Source of the DNA: the human T2T-CHM13v2.0 reference genome, Homo sapiens
Length of the DNA stretch: 64,000 nt
NCBI RefSeq assembly: GCF_009914755.1
Contig: NC_060942.1
Reading direction: 5' to 3' (one strand)
The notes under the pieces were generated by a model. That model was not told the origin of the DNA, made no database searches, and saw nothing but the letters and a program-made list of their open reading frames with translations. A program made the translations under genes and the position numbers. Positions 1-14,300 of this stretch are shown here, piece by piece. Each line of letters opens with the position of its first letter. The first letter of the stretch is position 1.

Positions 1-509
1 CAAGGACAAGATTCTATCTGAACATGGAGCAATAATAGTCATAAAGGTGGTCTGTCACATTTCTGATATATACAAATAGAGCCCTTGGAGTAGCAATTGG
101 AAGGTCCACTTTCAAGTCATGGTAATGCCACTGTCTCAGCAATGGCACTCTATTTTGTAATCTTAAGCATATCTCATTATTTTTCCATTGTTTAGTTTCT
201 TCATCAGTAAAATGGGAGAGTGTGAAGGTCCTTCCTGAAAGGCCTTCTGTGACATTTTAAATAAAAAGCAATCTATGAGTTTGAATTTGAGATTCTGAGA
301 GATAAGATTGATTTCAGTGACACCCCACAGTTTGTTGACAGCCAGACTAAGAAGTCTTCTCTTTACTCAGGTGCTGCTTCTGAAAAATAATATGATTTTA
401 TTAATCAAAAAAGGGCTTTATGAAAGCATGTACTCAAAAACTCTATTAACTGAGTTTAGGATAATTTTTCTTTCTGAAAATACTGCAAATGCATTCTTTA
501 AAAAATATA

Positions 510-980
510 ATAGCTAATGTAGTCAGGCAAAAAAGAAATAAAAGGCATTCAAATTGGAAAAAGATAAACAAAAATGGCTCTGATATGATAGACACTGCAG
601 AAAAGCCAAAACATGTCCGATAAAAGCTCTGGATCAATAAATGAGCTTAGCAAGATCACACGATACATGGTTAATATAAGAATGTCAACTGTATTTCTAT
701 ATGCTAGCAATGAATAAGTAGAATTTCAAATGTTAAGAAATGCATTTAACAACAGCACAAAAATAGTAATGAATCCAGCAAAATACATGTGTAACCTATA
801 TGTTGACATACTGCAATGTGCTGATAAAGGAAATCAAACAAGGCTAAAGAAATGGAGAGATAAGCTGTGTTCATGAATTGAAAGACTCAATATTGTTAAG
901 ATGTCAATTCTTAACAAAACTGACAAGCGATATTGATAGAAAAACTGGTGAAATCTGAATAAAGTCCCTTGTTTAGTTAC
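510..980 (+). mobile_element. Old L1 (L1M) ORF2 / 3' fragments
   Basis: L1 ORF2-like motifs AAAGAAATAAAAGGCATTCAAATTGGAAA and GAAAGACTCAATATTGTTAAGATGTCAATTCT, heavily diverged. Confidence 0.75.
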
Positions 981-1851
981 AAAGAGAGCAAAACAAAAAT
1001 TGGCTCATTTCTTCTAGTTAGAGAAAGTGTACATAATATCAGAATACACATCAATAATAAGTAAACTGCATGATATTTGCTTCAATTATTTAATTGATAG
1101 AATAAATTATATAAAGTAAATAGAGATATGTTGTGCTGTGCTTTGTCCCTGATACAGATTCAGCATTCCCATCAAGGCAAATTAATTTCTTGAAGAATCA
1201 CAGTTAAATTTACTTGTATGAAGCACTAAGTATGCCCAAATTACAAATAAAATACTGAAAACTTATGTAAAAGATGGCATTTTACACCAATAAATAATTG
1301 TTGATCTGCAATTCATGTTAAAATGCAATGGTCAAAATATTTAACCTCAGGTACAGTACAATTTGGTGGTTTCATTTTTCCCTTAAGTAATGCATTTAAT
1401 TGCTCATGGTATATGAAATATTTGTGCAATCAGAAAAAATCAAATAAAAAACAGGACTTCAAAGGACTTAGTTTTCTAATAAAGCAACAAACATAAAAGG
1501 TATGGTGTTTCCCTACTGGGTGTTAGAAGCAATGCTTGGCACCTATAGGAGATTAAAAAGTGAGGAGGGTAATTTACAGTCCATTGCCCCCTTCCCCAAA
1601 TCAAATAGTTATATTTCATATTCTTGCTGAAGGAATAAAGCACGTATATATGAACAAGTAGGAAATGGTCATAAAAACAGATACTAAATACGGTTTCCAC
1701 TGTACAGATACTTTCTGATAATGATAATACCTACCTTGAGAGTTAATCATGAAAGTTAATTAAATGACATTTATATTAAATCACTACATAAATTGCTATG
1801 AGTGTTGCAAATGTTATGTTATTTCATTATTATTAGGAATATTATTATATG

Positions 1852-2100
1852 AGGGAGTAGCATAATGGAGAAAGAGCATGGACTTTGATGTTACACACAC
1901 TTGGCAAAGTTTGGCTCTAATGCATGCTAGATGGGTGATTAAAGTTACTTTATTTCTTTGAGCCTCAATTTCCCCCTATGTGAAATGGAATAACTTTTTA
2001 CCTAATAGGGTTGTACAGATGATGACATGATATGCTCTACGTTTGGTGCTTGTCACTGAATCTTGCATATCGTAATAGAAGTTCAAGGAATGTTAACCTC
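1852..2100 (+). mobile_element. MIR SINE
   Basis: GAAAGAGCATGGACTTTG ... AAGTTACTT..TCTTTGAGCCTCAATTTCCCC..TGTGAAATGGA core. Confidence 0.75.
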
Positions 2101-2167
2101 CTTTCTCTTTCTTGTTATTATAAGTGATTCATTACTAATTTGTTATGAAGACATTGCCATTCCCCTT

Positions 2168-2521
2168 GTCTGCTTTATTTTTAACCCATTTTCTCAGAGG
2201 GTAAACAGGCTAGCTAAACGTAAAGAATCATTAGGGAAATAACCTCAAAATCTTTTTTTCTTTTTTGGACATGAGCAGGATATTTTAAAAAGTAGCCTCT
2301 GGGATTTACCCAGCCCCTACATTTCTATTTATCTCTCTACCCTCCTTAGAGTTGTCCCATCCCGGGCTGATGGTGGCTCAGCTACCTTGGCCTTTTCAAT
2401 GGTGTCTTAGCTGCTGAGGTCCTGCAAATGGTGCTTCCTCATTTTGAGCCTATGGAAACATTTTTAAACTTCTCATTGTAATGATTGCACATTGGGATTA
2501 GGGGATAAGGAAAGCAAAAAC
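2168..2521. repeat. Left arm of ~350-bp inverted repeat
   Basis: Its reverse complement matches 3351-3393 plus 3756-4075. Example: 2172 GCTTTATTTTTAACCCATTTTCTCAGAGGGTAAACAGGCTAGCTAA vs 4023 TTAGCTAGCCTGTTTACCCTCTGAGAAAATTGGCTAGAAATAAAGC. Confidence 0.95.
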
Positions 2522-2796
2522 ATATATAAGCCTGCATAAAGAAATTTCTGAAGAATTTTGTCCTGGATAGCAATAGCAAGTCTAGGATTAGGTATGGTGC
2601 ATGCTTTGTTTGTAAATGTAAAATAAATGAGAAATGAAATTATGCTAGCCAGCGGGTCCTGGCTACAAGAAGACTTTTAATTTCTAAATGTTAGTTAATT
2701 CTTCTTCTCTCTAAGATAAAATATTTAAACTAGTGATAATTGGAACTTCACTTCTCTGGCCATGTCTTAGGAACCAATGAAAGATAAGTCAGTTCT

Positions 2797-3233
<437 letters not shown>

Positions 3234-3350
3234 TCACAAACTGGGGTGGTTGCAATTATTGGTACAAACATCCCCTTTCAGATGATGGCCTGAATATTTT
3301 TCCTACTGTTCTCAATCCTCCTCTGAATAAAAATGTTGAATAAAAATCAG

Positions 3351-4075
3351 GTTTTGTTTTTCCTTAACCTCTAATCCCAGTATGCAATCATTATGATATG
3401 GTTTGGCTGTTTCCTTACTCAAATCTCACCTTTAATTGTAATAGTCTCCAGGTGTGATGGGTGGGGCCAGGTGGAGATAATTGAATCACGAGGCAGCTTC
3501 CTTCATACTGTTCTTGTGGCAGTGAATAAGTCTCACGAGATCTGATGGTTATATAAATGGGGCTTCCCTTTTACAAGCTCTCTTGGACCTGCAGCTACGT
3601 GAGGCATGGCTTTGTTCTTCCTTCTCCTTCTGCCATGATTGTGAGGCCTCCCCAGCCATGTGGAACTGTGAGTCAATTAAACATTTTTCCTTTATAAGTT
3701 ACCCAGTCTCAGGTATGTCTTCATTAGCAGCATGAGAACAGACTAATACATACTACAATGAGAAATTAAACATTTTTTTACATAGGTTCAAAACAAGGAA
3801 GCACTGTGCAGGACCTCAGCAGCTAGAACACCCTTGAAAAGGCCAAGATAGCTGAGCCACATCAGCCTGGGGCAAGACCACTGTTCCCCTCTAAGGAGCG
3901 TAGAGAGAGAAATAGAAATGCAGGGGCTGGGAACATCCCAGGGGTGATTTTAAAAAATATCCTGCTTATGTCCAAAAAAAAAATGTATGTCCCCCCCACA
4001 AAAAACCAATGACTATTTAGTCTTAGCTAGCCTGTTTACCCTCTGAGAAAATTGGCTAGAAATAAAGCTTCAGAC
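3351..4075. repeat. Right arm of inverted repeat, interrupted by THE1 LTR
   Basis: Colinear reverse-complement match to 2168-2521 on both sides of the LTR at 3394-3750. Confidence 0.95.
3394..3750 (+). mobile_element. THE1 (MaLR) solo LTR
   Basis: TGATATGGTTTGGCTGT ... GAACAGACTAATACA termini, 357 bp. Degenerate 5-bp TSD CATTA/TACTA. Confidence 0.93.
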
Positions 4076-5453
4076 TTCCCTAGAGGTCTCGAAGGAGTCA
4101 TTAATATTGCATTTTCAGAGTTACATCCGTGCCAGGGGAAAGTATGCCAGGACACTTGGCTAGCTATGCTCTGGGCCAAGATCAGAGAATGAGAATGGGG
4201 TTAATCCTTCGTTTCCCAGACCAGTGAGGAGGATCTCTTTTTAAAGCACCCTATGCAGAAAGGGTATAGCTAAATTAGGAAAAACTGAAACATACGATTT
4301 TTCTATATTTAAAATAAGCTGTTTTACATCAATTTAGGTCAGAACCCCTCTTCAACACTGAATAACATTCATGTCTAACTGCATGTATGTGCTGTCTCTT
4401 GGTTTTGGTGTTTCTCAGAAAGAATCACAGGCAGATGGGAAGCAGGTAGAACATGAGAGAAGCAGACAAGCAAGAATAGAGGGAGAATGTGTGGCTGCCA
4501 TGCTGCATTTGTGACTTCTAATTTTCTGATTTAATGAAAGATATCAGTGCCCATTTGTTTCATTTGCGTGTCAAAACTGTAACCCCTCTTCCCACGTCAA
4601 GGCATCTAAGGGCAAGGAATGTGACTACTGCTGAAATCAGACATCACAAGAACTAGCCTCAACCTTTAAAGCTGAAAGAAACTTTCAGCATTTTCACAAA
4701 TATCTCTATCAACTTTTTTCTGTAACTAAACTGTGTTTTTCTTAAGCAGCAGCATTTAGTTTTAAAAAGAAACTCATACAGTTAGTTCTATTAATTTTTT
4801 TTAAGGTTTGCATTGGGCCTGACAATACAGCAAAAACCTGCTTATTTTCTTTAAAAGGGCGTGCTTGCATTCATTTGTGTAGCACCACTGCCAGCGGGGA
4901 GAATTCCAGATGTTTTCCACTTTATTGGTTAAGTGGGTCTGTGAGAGGCAGACACAAATCTACCATTGTTTCTATAGAAAATTGTGCTTCATGTTCCCAA
5001 CAGCTGATCTGCTGGCAAAGTTTTGATGCCAACAAAATATTGAATTAAAAGGTTTTGTTTATAGTTAAATACTGTATTACTCCATATAGATATGAGAGAT
5101 GACATGAGAATGACTAGGAATTCAGGCAGGCTGGAATGTCAGCAGAAGTCTTTATGGAGTGTAATGGTTTCATGTGACCCTTGAAGGATAATTGTAGTTT
5201 AAAAATATTTACATGATTTAGATGAGAAGCTTGAAGAGGATTTTTTGTTTTGTTTTGTTTTGTTTTTTGCAGCTGGGAGAGACGAGATTAAAGGCAGACA
5301 ATTAGAATGAACATCTTGTTGAAATTGAGGAAAAACTCACTGACTAGACTGAAAAATTCTTATTTGGAAAAAGAATTTGGGAACAAGCTTTGGGATAGAA
5401 GGTTGGGGTTTGGATAGATTATGGTAAGGATTTGCACTCAGAGCGAGTCTGAA

Positions 5454-5742
5454 TTTTTTTTTTTGAGACAGTCTTGCTCTGTCACCCAGGCCGGAGTGCA
5501 GTGGCGCAATCTCGCTCACTGCAAGCTCCGCCTACCGGGTTCATGCCATTCTCCTGCCTCAGCCTCCCGAGTAGCTGGGATTACAGGCGCCCGCCACCAC
5601 GCCCAGCTAATTTTTTGTATTTTTAGTAGAGACGGGATTTCACCGTGTTACCCAGGATGGTCTCGATCTCCTGACATCATGATCCACCCTCCTCGGCCTC
5701 CCAAAGTGCTGGGATTACAGGCATGAGCCACCACGCCCGGCC
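5454..5742 (-). mobile_element. AluY
   Basis: Y-type GCAAGCTCCGCC / ATGCCATTCTCC / GGATGGTCTCGATCTCC. TSD GAGTCTGAATTTTTT at 5445 and 5744. Confidence 0.95.
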
Positions 5743-6169
5743 GGAGTCTGAATTTTTTATGTTAAATATGAAATGGTCTGTTTCTGCATAGAGAAGTGAC
5801 ATAAAAATGTGATTAGGAAGAGTAATCATTTTTAAGGTTCTTTCAGGGAAAAATTGGAGAGGGACGAGATTAGTGTCTGATAAATCAACTTATTCTGCAG
5901 CTTGGCTTGAGCAGTTCTTTTTTTTTTTTTTTTTTTTTAAACAATTTCAGGGAAAAATCCCTAAAGCAGCCATTACACACCATCCATTTATACCACAAAC
6001 TCTCAGTTCGGACTCTTGACTTCTGGAAGATTACCTCATCTTTTTTTTTTTTTTTTAATTGAAAAGATAAAAACTGTAAATTATGAACTCCCTCTTTTTT
6101 TTTTTTTTTACTACTCTTACTGCAATGTACCTTTTTTTCTTTATGGTCTGAAGGATGTGTATTTTAAAT

Positions 6170-6220
6170 TTTCCCTCCCCTCTCCTCCCTCCCTCCTTCT
6201 TTCCCTCCCTCCCTCCCTTG
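6170..6220. repeat. (CCCT)n-like polypyrimidine simple repeat
   Basis: TTCCCTCCCCTCTCCTCCCTCCCTCCTTCTTTCCCTCCCTCCCTCCC. Confidence 0.7.
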
Positions 6221-7472
6221 TATCTCTGTCTATCATCTGTCTAATTCATCTCAATCATCTGTTTTCCCTAAGCTCTCTCCTTCACCTGTATGTATTCTAG
6301 ATATTCTTCCCCACTTTTTGAGGCAATTTTCTTGCTTCCATGTCTCCCTTTAACTCATCTGACAGAGACTGTTTAACTTCTATTTGCCATGTAGTTATAA
6401 TTTCTTTTGTATCTTTTTAATTCCTGAAGTTCTTGATAATTACTCTATTTTTTCTCACCATTCCTGCCTTCAGTGACTCTAGATAAATCAAAAAGTCATC
6501 TCTCTGTTCATCTTATTCTTTATTTTTACTTGACATAAACCAATGCATAATCACTCCTTTTTTGTGTTTTTAAAAATTAGGATTTTTTTGTCAGTTGTTT
6601 TGAAAACTCAAAACGTTATCCAGTATGTCTCCCTATATTTAGAGTTATTCTTTGTCAGCTTAAAAAAAAATCCCTCTTATTCTCCCCATGCCCTAACTCT
6701 AGCGGTGAGTTCAGTATTCCCAAATCTTCTCTGTCTACATACAGAAGACTTAAGAGATCAGTATGTCCCAAACTAGTTGGAGTAAGGATAATATCAAAGG
6801 TAGAAAAAAAAGATAAGCTTTTTGGCTATGGGATAAAATACAAGTAAACGTTAACAGTGGTCCTTCTTGCTTCCCACCTTCTTCCCAAAGTTCCCAAGTC
6901 TTAGGAGAAAAAGAAAAATCCCTACCTATGTGTGATGTGGAGTGCAAGTTTTATTTCTCACTAACCCAGGCAGAATGCAGAGTGTACTGATTGTGAAGAG
7001 AAGCTGGTGAGTTAGTTGTTTTAGCAGCCAATGATTCCCCAAGGATACTTACTGAGTCCTTTCTGTTCCTGCTGGAGGAAGACGTCATTTCCATGCTGTT
7101 AGCATGTGAAACAATAGTGGGGCTGACAACGGAAGTGCCTTCGTTTGTTGGTTAACTGACTTATACTTCTGACTTTAATTGAGAGTGGTCAGGCATTTAT
7201 TGGCTTAGAAAGCTCACACATAAGGAACTCACATGTCCTCTAAAATGGTAATGTAGCTGCTTTTATTTTTCAAACATAGATTTGACACCTAGACACAAAC
7301 CATGTCATTATAATCAAATTGCAATAGTCAACTTTATATTTAAGGCATTCAAACTCCCACTAATTTAGTAGATAGTCTGATGACCAAGGAAAGACCATCT
7401 CATTACAAAATGGTGTTTACTTAAAAATGTGAACTGCCCAAAAGATATTGTCCCTAAAATTTCTACTGACAC

Positions 7473-7884
7473 TGTCATTCAGCTTTCTCCAGAGAAACAG
7501 AACCAATAAGATATATCTCCTATATCACTAGTATATTTAGTTCTTACTTATTTTAGAGATCAAAAAATTGGCTTATGAGATTACAGAGGCTGCGAAGTCC
7601 AAAATTTGTAGGACAGGCTGGTAGGCTGAAGATTCAGATAGGAGCTGATGTTTCAGTTTTAAAGCCAAATGTCTTCCTCCCCAGGGGTACCTCAGTCTTG
7701 CTTTTAAGGCTTTCCCAACTGATTGAATGAGGCCTACTCCTATTACTGAGAATAATCTTTACCTAAAGTAAACTGAGCGTAGATAACCACATCTACAAAA
7801 TTCCTTTGCAGCAACATTTAGATTAGTGTTGGATTGAATCACTGGGCACTGTAGTCAAGTTGACACATAAAGCTTACCAGGACA
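7473..7884 (-). mobile_element. MLT2 (ERVL) solo LTR
   Basis: TTCTCCAGAGAAACAGAACCAATA ... ACTGATTGAATGAGGCC ... CAAGTTGACACATAAA, typical MLT2 motifs. Confidence 0.85.
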
Positions 7885-8597
7885 CATTTTCCTCAGGAAC
7901 AAACTCTACTTTCCAATCTTTACATTTCCAAGATTTGAGAATTCTTAATGTTAAACTCGATGTGAAATAATTTGTTGAACGTTCTTGTTTATTTTTTCGT
8001 TCCCCAAATGTCTCTAGATTTATTCACTCTAACAGACATATTGTAAGTGACTACTATATACTTGGCACTGGCAAGGTGTAAGGCCACACATACACCGGGA
8101 ACTGTGCCTGTCTTCCAGGAGCTGTCTACCATCATCCTTGTGTAGGTTCTCCAGCCTGATGTTGAAATTATTGCAATAAAACCATTCATTTGATGTTGCT
8201 TCTCCCTTGCCCTCTTCCTTGTGTTGTCTGGCGGGGAATGATTGCATGTCTTAATAGGCTGTCAAAAACCAGTATTAGTTTGTACATGATTGATCTGAAT
8301 CATAATTCCTTTTTTTTTTTTTGCCTGAGATTTGTCTGTGTAAGTAAACTTGCTACCGAGGAACACATACACAATTACTTAGCAGTTTAAATTCATATTA
8401 ATATTTATAGCATTTATTCTTGCTGGAATGAACATATAGTTTGTATTCCTACATGTAAGAATATTATTGGAAAAAAGTAAATTTGCATGAACCAATCTAA
8501 GAGCAAACATACATCTTCATCTACTTGTTGCTACCCTAGTCTTCCTTAGCTCTCAAAAATCTAGTAGTTAATAAACCCAAAAACACATACACGAGTT

Positions 8598-8812
8598 AAT
8601 TTTTTAAATTGGTACATAATATTTGTATGTATTTATGGAGTATCTGTGATATTTTGTTACATGCATAGAATGAATAATGATCAAGTTAGGATATGTATGG
8701 TATCCATTCTCTTCAGTATGTATTATTTCTATGTGTTAGGAACATTTCAAGTCCTGTATAATTATTTTGAAATGTGCAATACATTGTTGTCAACTGTAGT
8801 CAGTCACCCTAT
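8598..8812 (-). mobile_element. L1MA 3' end fragment
   Basis: GTGATATTTTGTTACATGCATAGAATG..AATGATCAAG ... AATACATTGTTG..AACTGTAGTCA. Confidence 0.8.
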
Positions 8813-10560
8813 ATGACACTTCATCTGGAAATCCTTCCTGATTTAATTCTAAGAATCTGAGTTGCTTTTCACTACAATTTCCTAAGTCCAGACATCAGTG
8901 ACTTCCTCGGGGGCTAATTTGCAAGGGAAATAATGAGGAACAGCAGGACTCTTAGGAGCTGCAAAGGTAATTTGCTTATTTAACTATTACTAAGGGCAGG
9001 AGGAACAGCCAGGCCAAAATGGCCTGTGCTTTTGCATAGCATCATGGCTATTAGAATAGGGGCCTACCATCCCATTTTAAAAAGTGGTGAAGAAATAAAA
9101 CAGGATAAAAGACAAGTAAAGAAAACCTGAAATTGAGCAGCATCCTTAAGACAGTTATGAAAACAGAATAGTTACTGACATAGAAAAATCCTATTCATTT
9201 CATTGCTTTTTCTTTAAAACATTTTCTACTGTGGTAAAATAATATAACAATTTCTGTTCTCCCTTTATTATCTAGCTATTTGGTAATACGGAATGTCTTT
9301 GTATATAGAAAATGATAATATAAAAATCATATAGCCAGTCTCTGGTCCCAGATGCTGTTCTTCTCCATCCATTTCTTTTTCTTCTAAGAGATGTGCAGTC
9401 CATTAATCTGATATTTAGGAATGGCCTATTGTGAATGTTCACAAGTGATTGTGGTGAATCTAATCTTTATTAGTTTGAAACTCTTTTACATATTATATAA
9501 TTAGTAAGCATTTATTATTTCTGTATCCTGGTGGATAAATTCAATATTAATTTCTTTGATAGTTACAATGCATTCTTTACAGTGAATAATTCTGGGCAAT
9601 ACGTTCTTTTTCTAGGCACTCTCTATGAAGCAGCTGCAGATTGTATATTATTTTATTAGTCATGGTGACCTTAACTGAGATGAAACATTTCGGAATTTAT
9701 GTCCTGAACCAAGTAACAGTGTTTAAATTACTTAACTCTCCAATATTTCAAACAATGCAACCATCCATCAAAGCTAAATGTTATTAATATAAAACTAATG
9801 CCTTGAGGGAAAAAAGGGAATAGGAGTACTAGGTACGAGACAGTCTTTGGTTCTCTCTTGGCAAGTTTATATGCATATTTTTAAACTTTTAAAAAATTTT
9901 GGATCCGGTTTGCTTCAGTGTTTAGAATATTTTAGTTGAAAGTATATATTTTTAAAAATTGTACTCATCTCTACAAAATTAAATGACAGAAGAGCTATTT
10001 GGGGGTCATTATACTAGAATAGCAATGGGTACAAATCGCAGAGTTAAGTTGAAAAACTATAGCACATGTTAATTGAGTTTACATAAACTCAATTCTGATC
10101 CTGCACCCATTGAATAGGTTCCTTTTTTGGAGTTTCTTCTCTCAGAGTCATCCTAAGCTCCTGGGGCTAAGGAAGGGCCACAGTTTCAGGGAAGCATCTC
10201 AGGGCCTTACTGATCACTGATGAGATACCTGCATTTCTCTGCCTGTTGAGTTGGGTTTTGTGGCCCTTCTTGTTGTAAAGCCTGCTCTCATCTTTGGCGA
10301 GACTAGGAATCTGGCTGCCCAGCACTGATTCTTACGAGGTGCTCCATAGACCCATACCACTGAGGGCCTCAGGAGGGGATGGGAGTGGAGACAGAGCAGA
10401 AGCCCAGATTGCTCCCTGCAGTCAGAGTCCTCCTCCCCTGAGAGCCTCAGACTTGGATTTCTCTGGGGCCCCTGGAGCATCTCTTCACTTCTTGTAGGCT
10501 TCAGAGGTACCCACCCTCTCTCCAATAAAATGACTTACAGTCTTTTAAAAAGGCTTTCCA

Positions 10561-10868
<308 letters not shown>

Positions 10869-10876
10869 CTAGATAT

Positions 10877-10957
10877 ACACATATATATACACATATTTAC
10901 ACATATATTCACATACACACATATATATATATATATATACACATATATATATATATA
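10877..10957. repeat. (TA)n/(CA)n compound microsatellite
   Basis: ACACATATATATACACATATTTACAC...ATATATAT. Confidence 0.95.
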
Positions 10958-11263
<306 letters not shown>

Positions 11264-11311
11264 TAGATATTAAAACAAAACAAAACAAAACACACAAAAA
11301 AACTGTGTTCC

Positions 11312-14300
11312 CAGTCACATGCCCTCAGACTCCTCACAGCCAGCGATGGAAGTGAGACCCCCCCCAGTAACAGAGGGGGTGGCGACTGCTGTGGCCACTG
11401 GATTTCAGCCTCTTTCCAGCAGCGACTCTAAGAAGCGCAGCGAAACTCAACCGTATCCAATCCAGTTAGTTACTGGCCCAGAATTATAGCTTCCACCTGC
11501 ACCTTCTAGCCACCATGGCAACCTCCTCTGAAGAAGTTTTGCTGATTGTAAAGAAAGTGCGTCAAAAGAAGCAGGATGGAGCTCTATACCTCATGGCAGA
11601 AAGAATTGCTTGGGCACCTGAAGGCAAAAATAGATTTACAGTCAGCCGTATGTATGTAGATGTTAAATGTCAGAAAATTAGTCCAGAAGGCAAAGCTACA
11701 ATTCAGCATCAGCTGGACCTACATGAAGGAGATACAATTAACTTCCGTTTTCCCAGTGAAAACACAGCAGTGAAAGAGCAAGATGCAGTAAAGGACCTTC
11801 AGCAGCTGCTTCCCAAATTCAAGAGGAAAGCAAATAAAGAACTGGAAGAGAAGAACAGAATGCTGCAAGAAGATCCTGTTTTGTTTCAGCTTTATAAAGA
11901 TCTTGTTGTGAGCCAAGTGATGAGTGCTGAGGAATTCTGGGCCAATCATTTAAATGGGAATGCAACAGAAAATTCTTCCACATCCAATCATAAGCAGGAT
12001 GTTGGCATTTCTGCTGCATATCTGGCTGATGTCTGGCCCGAAACCGATGGCTGTAACGGTCTGAAATATAATTTAACTTCTGATATCATTGAGTTCATAT
12101 TTAGGACCTATCCAGCAGTGAAAATGAAATATGCAGAAAGTGTTCCCCACAACATGACAGAGAAGGGATTCTGGACACGTTTTTTCCAGTCCCATTATTT
12201 TCACAGGGATTGGCTGAATACAGGGTCAAAGGATCTCTCTGCAGAATGTGCCAAAATAGATGAAAAAGGCCTTAAAACAATGGTTTCATTAGGAGTGAAA
12301 AACCCACTACTAGAATTAACAGCTTTGGGAAATAAGCCATTAGATGAGGGCTATGGCATTTCCTCTGTGCCATCTGCTTCCAATTCTAAATCCATAGAAG
12401 AGAATAGTAATGCTGCCATCAAGAGATTTAACCATCACAGTGCCATGGTCCTGGCAGCTGGACTCAGGAAACAAGAAGCAGAAAATGAGCAAAATAGCCC
12501 AGCAGCATGGATGGAAATTCCAGAGATGCAGACTGCTTTCAGCCAGTAGTCAAAAGGGCGAAATCGCAAGAGTCCAGTGAATATGAAGACTTGGGGAAAG
12601 ATAATTCTATAAAAATGATTGCACTAAACCTCAAGAAGTCAGGTAGGTATTATCATGGTCTAACTCCAGTCTAGTCACTACAGTATGCAACAATAAGGAC
12701 ATTATTCTTTTCAAAGTATTGGGCAAGAAATGGAAGCTTATATACCCAAGTTAATTGAGGTTCTCTTGAGTAGTGCTGCCAGTAGTACCATCATAGCACT
12801 GTCACCTGCAGGGGACCTTATGCAGGGAGGAACACAGCAAACCATAAACCAGATGGTGCCAAGTGATATTCAGTCTGAATTGAAACACTTGTATGTAGCT
12901 GTTGGAGAACTTCTATGGCATTTCTGGTCCTACTTTCCTGTTAATACACCATTCCTAGAAGAAAGGGTAGTGAAAATGAAAAGTAATTTGGAACGATTCC
13001 AAGTTAAGAAGATCTGCCCATTCCAAGAAAAGATTCGGAGGCAGTATTTAAGCACACATTTGGTAAGTCACATAGAGATACTCCAGGCAGCCTACAAGCT
13101 CCACACATGGCAATTATGGTGTCTGATGAAAGAAAATGTGAGGTGGCTATGATGCTCACAGCTTTTGTGAGATTGAGAGAACTAGGACCTGCAGCAACTC
13201 TGGAAACCCTGCCTGTCAGACAAGCAGATGACCTCACAGGAGTGATAAGAAACATCTGCTCCATGCTGACTCCCAGGGCTGATGCTATCCTGCTTGCACA
13301 TTGGGGACTGAAAGTAAAGAAGGGACTAAATGCTGGCGAGGTAAATTAGGGCAGAACCAAATGAGCTAAGTTGCAAATATATACATGTATACACACACAT
13401 ACACATATATATGTAAATGTGTATGTACATATTTTAAAAGACTTTACTGCAGTTACTCAGGAACAGCTTTTCATTCACATTTGAGCTGCTTTCAGAAATT
13501 AAAACCACTTTTTTAAAGGGTGCATTGATAAAATCTGAGGTTTTTTGCTTGTTTTCTTCTGTGTAAACTTTTTTTCCTGTGTGGCACAGGGTAGACCTTA
13601 AGTATTTCTCCTCCATCCTTTATCCTCCACACTCCATTAGATCCTCAAGTTTTACTGAATTCCAATTATACCTTCCATCAGCAAGTTAAAAAGAGTACTT
13701 TAAAGCAAAGGGAGACTGCTGCTCAACCATCAGGAAACAGTTGTCAGAAGACATCATTGGTCCTGTGTTTCCTACAGAAATAAGAAACAATAAATATTGC
13801 ACTGAATGTTTGTGGTTTGGAGTCCCTGAATAATAAAGAGGGAATATATTTGCAGAAAGTTGCATAGGGTTTTTTATGTAGAATTTTGTCAGAAGACAAT
13901 GTTGCTGCATGTTTTTCTTTGAGTGCAAATGTACATGGCTAATTTTTAAGATGGCATTGCTTTGAAAAGACGATATTGCATTTTTAAGAGTTTAAAAATC
14001 TTATGAGTGAGAAATATAAAAAAATCTTATTTTCACCTCTTTAGAAGAAGTAAAAGATATTTCTCCTATCTCCTTTCCTCTAGTATTTGACTGTTACTGT
14101 CCTTGGCAAACCGATAATCATTGCATAGAGACTGAAAAGCTTAAGTGCAAAAAAAAAAAAAATTTTTGTTTCTGGAATTCATGTCATATTTTGTTCCTGA
14201 TGGGATCAACTGACTGTTTAAGACTTTGGATGTCTTGTATTAAAAATTACACAAAAAAGTGTAACTTTTTATACTTACTCCTTTAACTCTTAAAAAAAAA
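11312..14300 (+). pseudogene. GTF2H1: Processed pseudogene (retrocopy) of GTF2H1 / TFIIH subunit p62; symbol given is the parent gene
   Basis: ORF 11515-12549 starts [33 protein letters not shown], the p62 N-terminus. ORF 12730-13152 matches the p62 C-terminus ([30 protein letters not shown]). The copy is intronless, with frameshifts near 12495, about 12700 and about 13130. It has a ~200-nt 5'UTR, a ~1.15-kb 3'UTR and an A-tail at 14292-14300. TSD core CTGTGTTCC (preceded by A-runs) at 11303-11311 and 14302-14310. Confidence 0.96.
11515..12549 (+). CDS. Residual 344-aa ORF of the GTF2H1 retrocopy (PH domain + BSD1 + BSD2, frameshifted tail); probably non-functional
   Basis: Kozak GCCACCATGG is intact. 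Homology to p62 runs to about ENEQNS, followed by ~18 out-of-frame residues. Many missense changes relative to p62 as I recall it. Confidence 0.3.

Noticed and set aside
10071-10094. Perfect 11-bp hairpin AATTGAGTTTA-CA-TAAACTCAATT
   Set aside because: Short and AT-rich; plausible by chance in 64 kb.
12730-13152. 140-aa ORF as a separate gene
   Set aside because: It is the C-terminal p62 frame of the same retrocopy, resuming after frameshifts.
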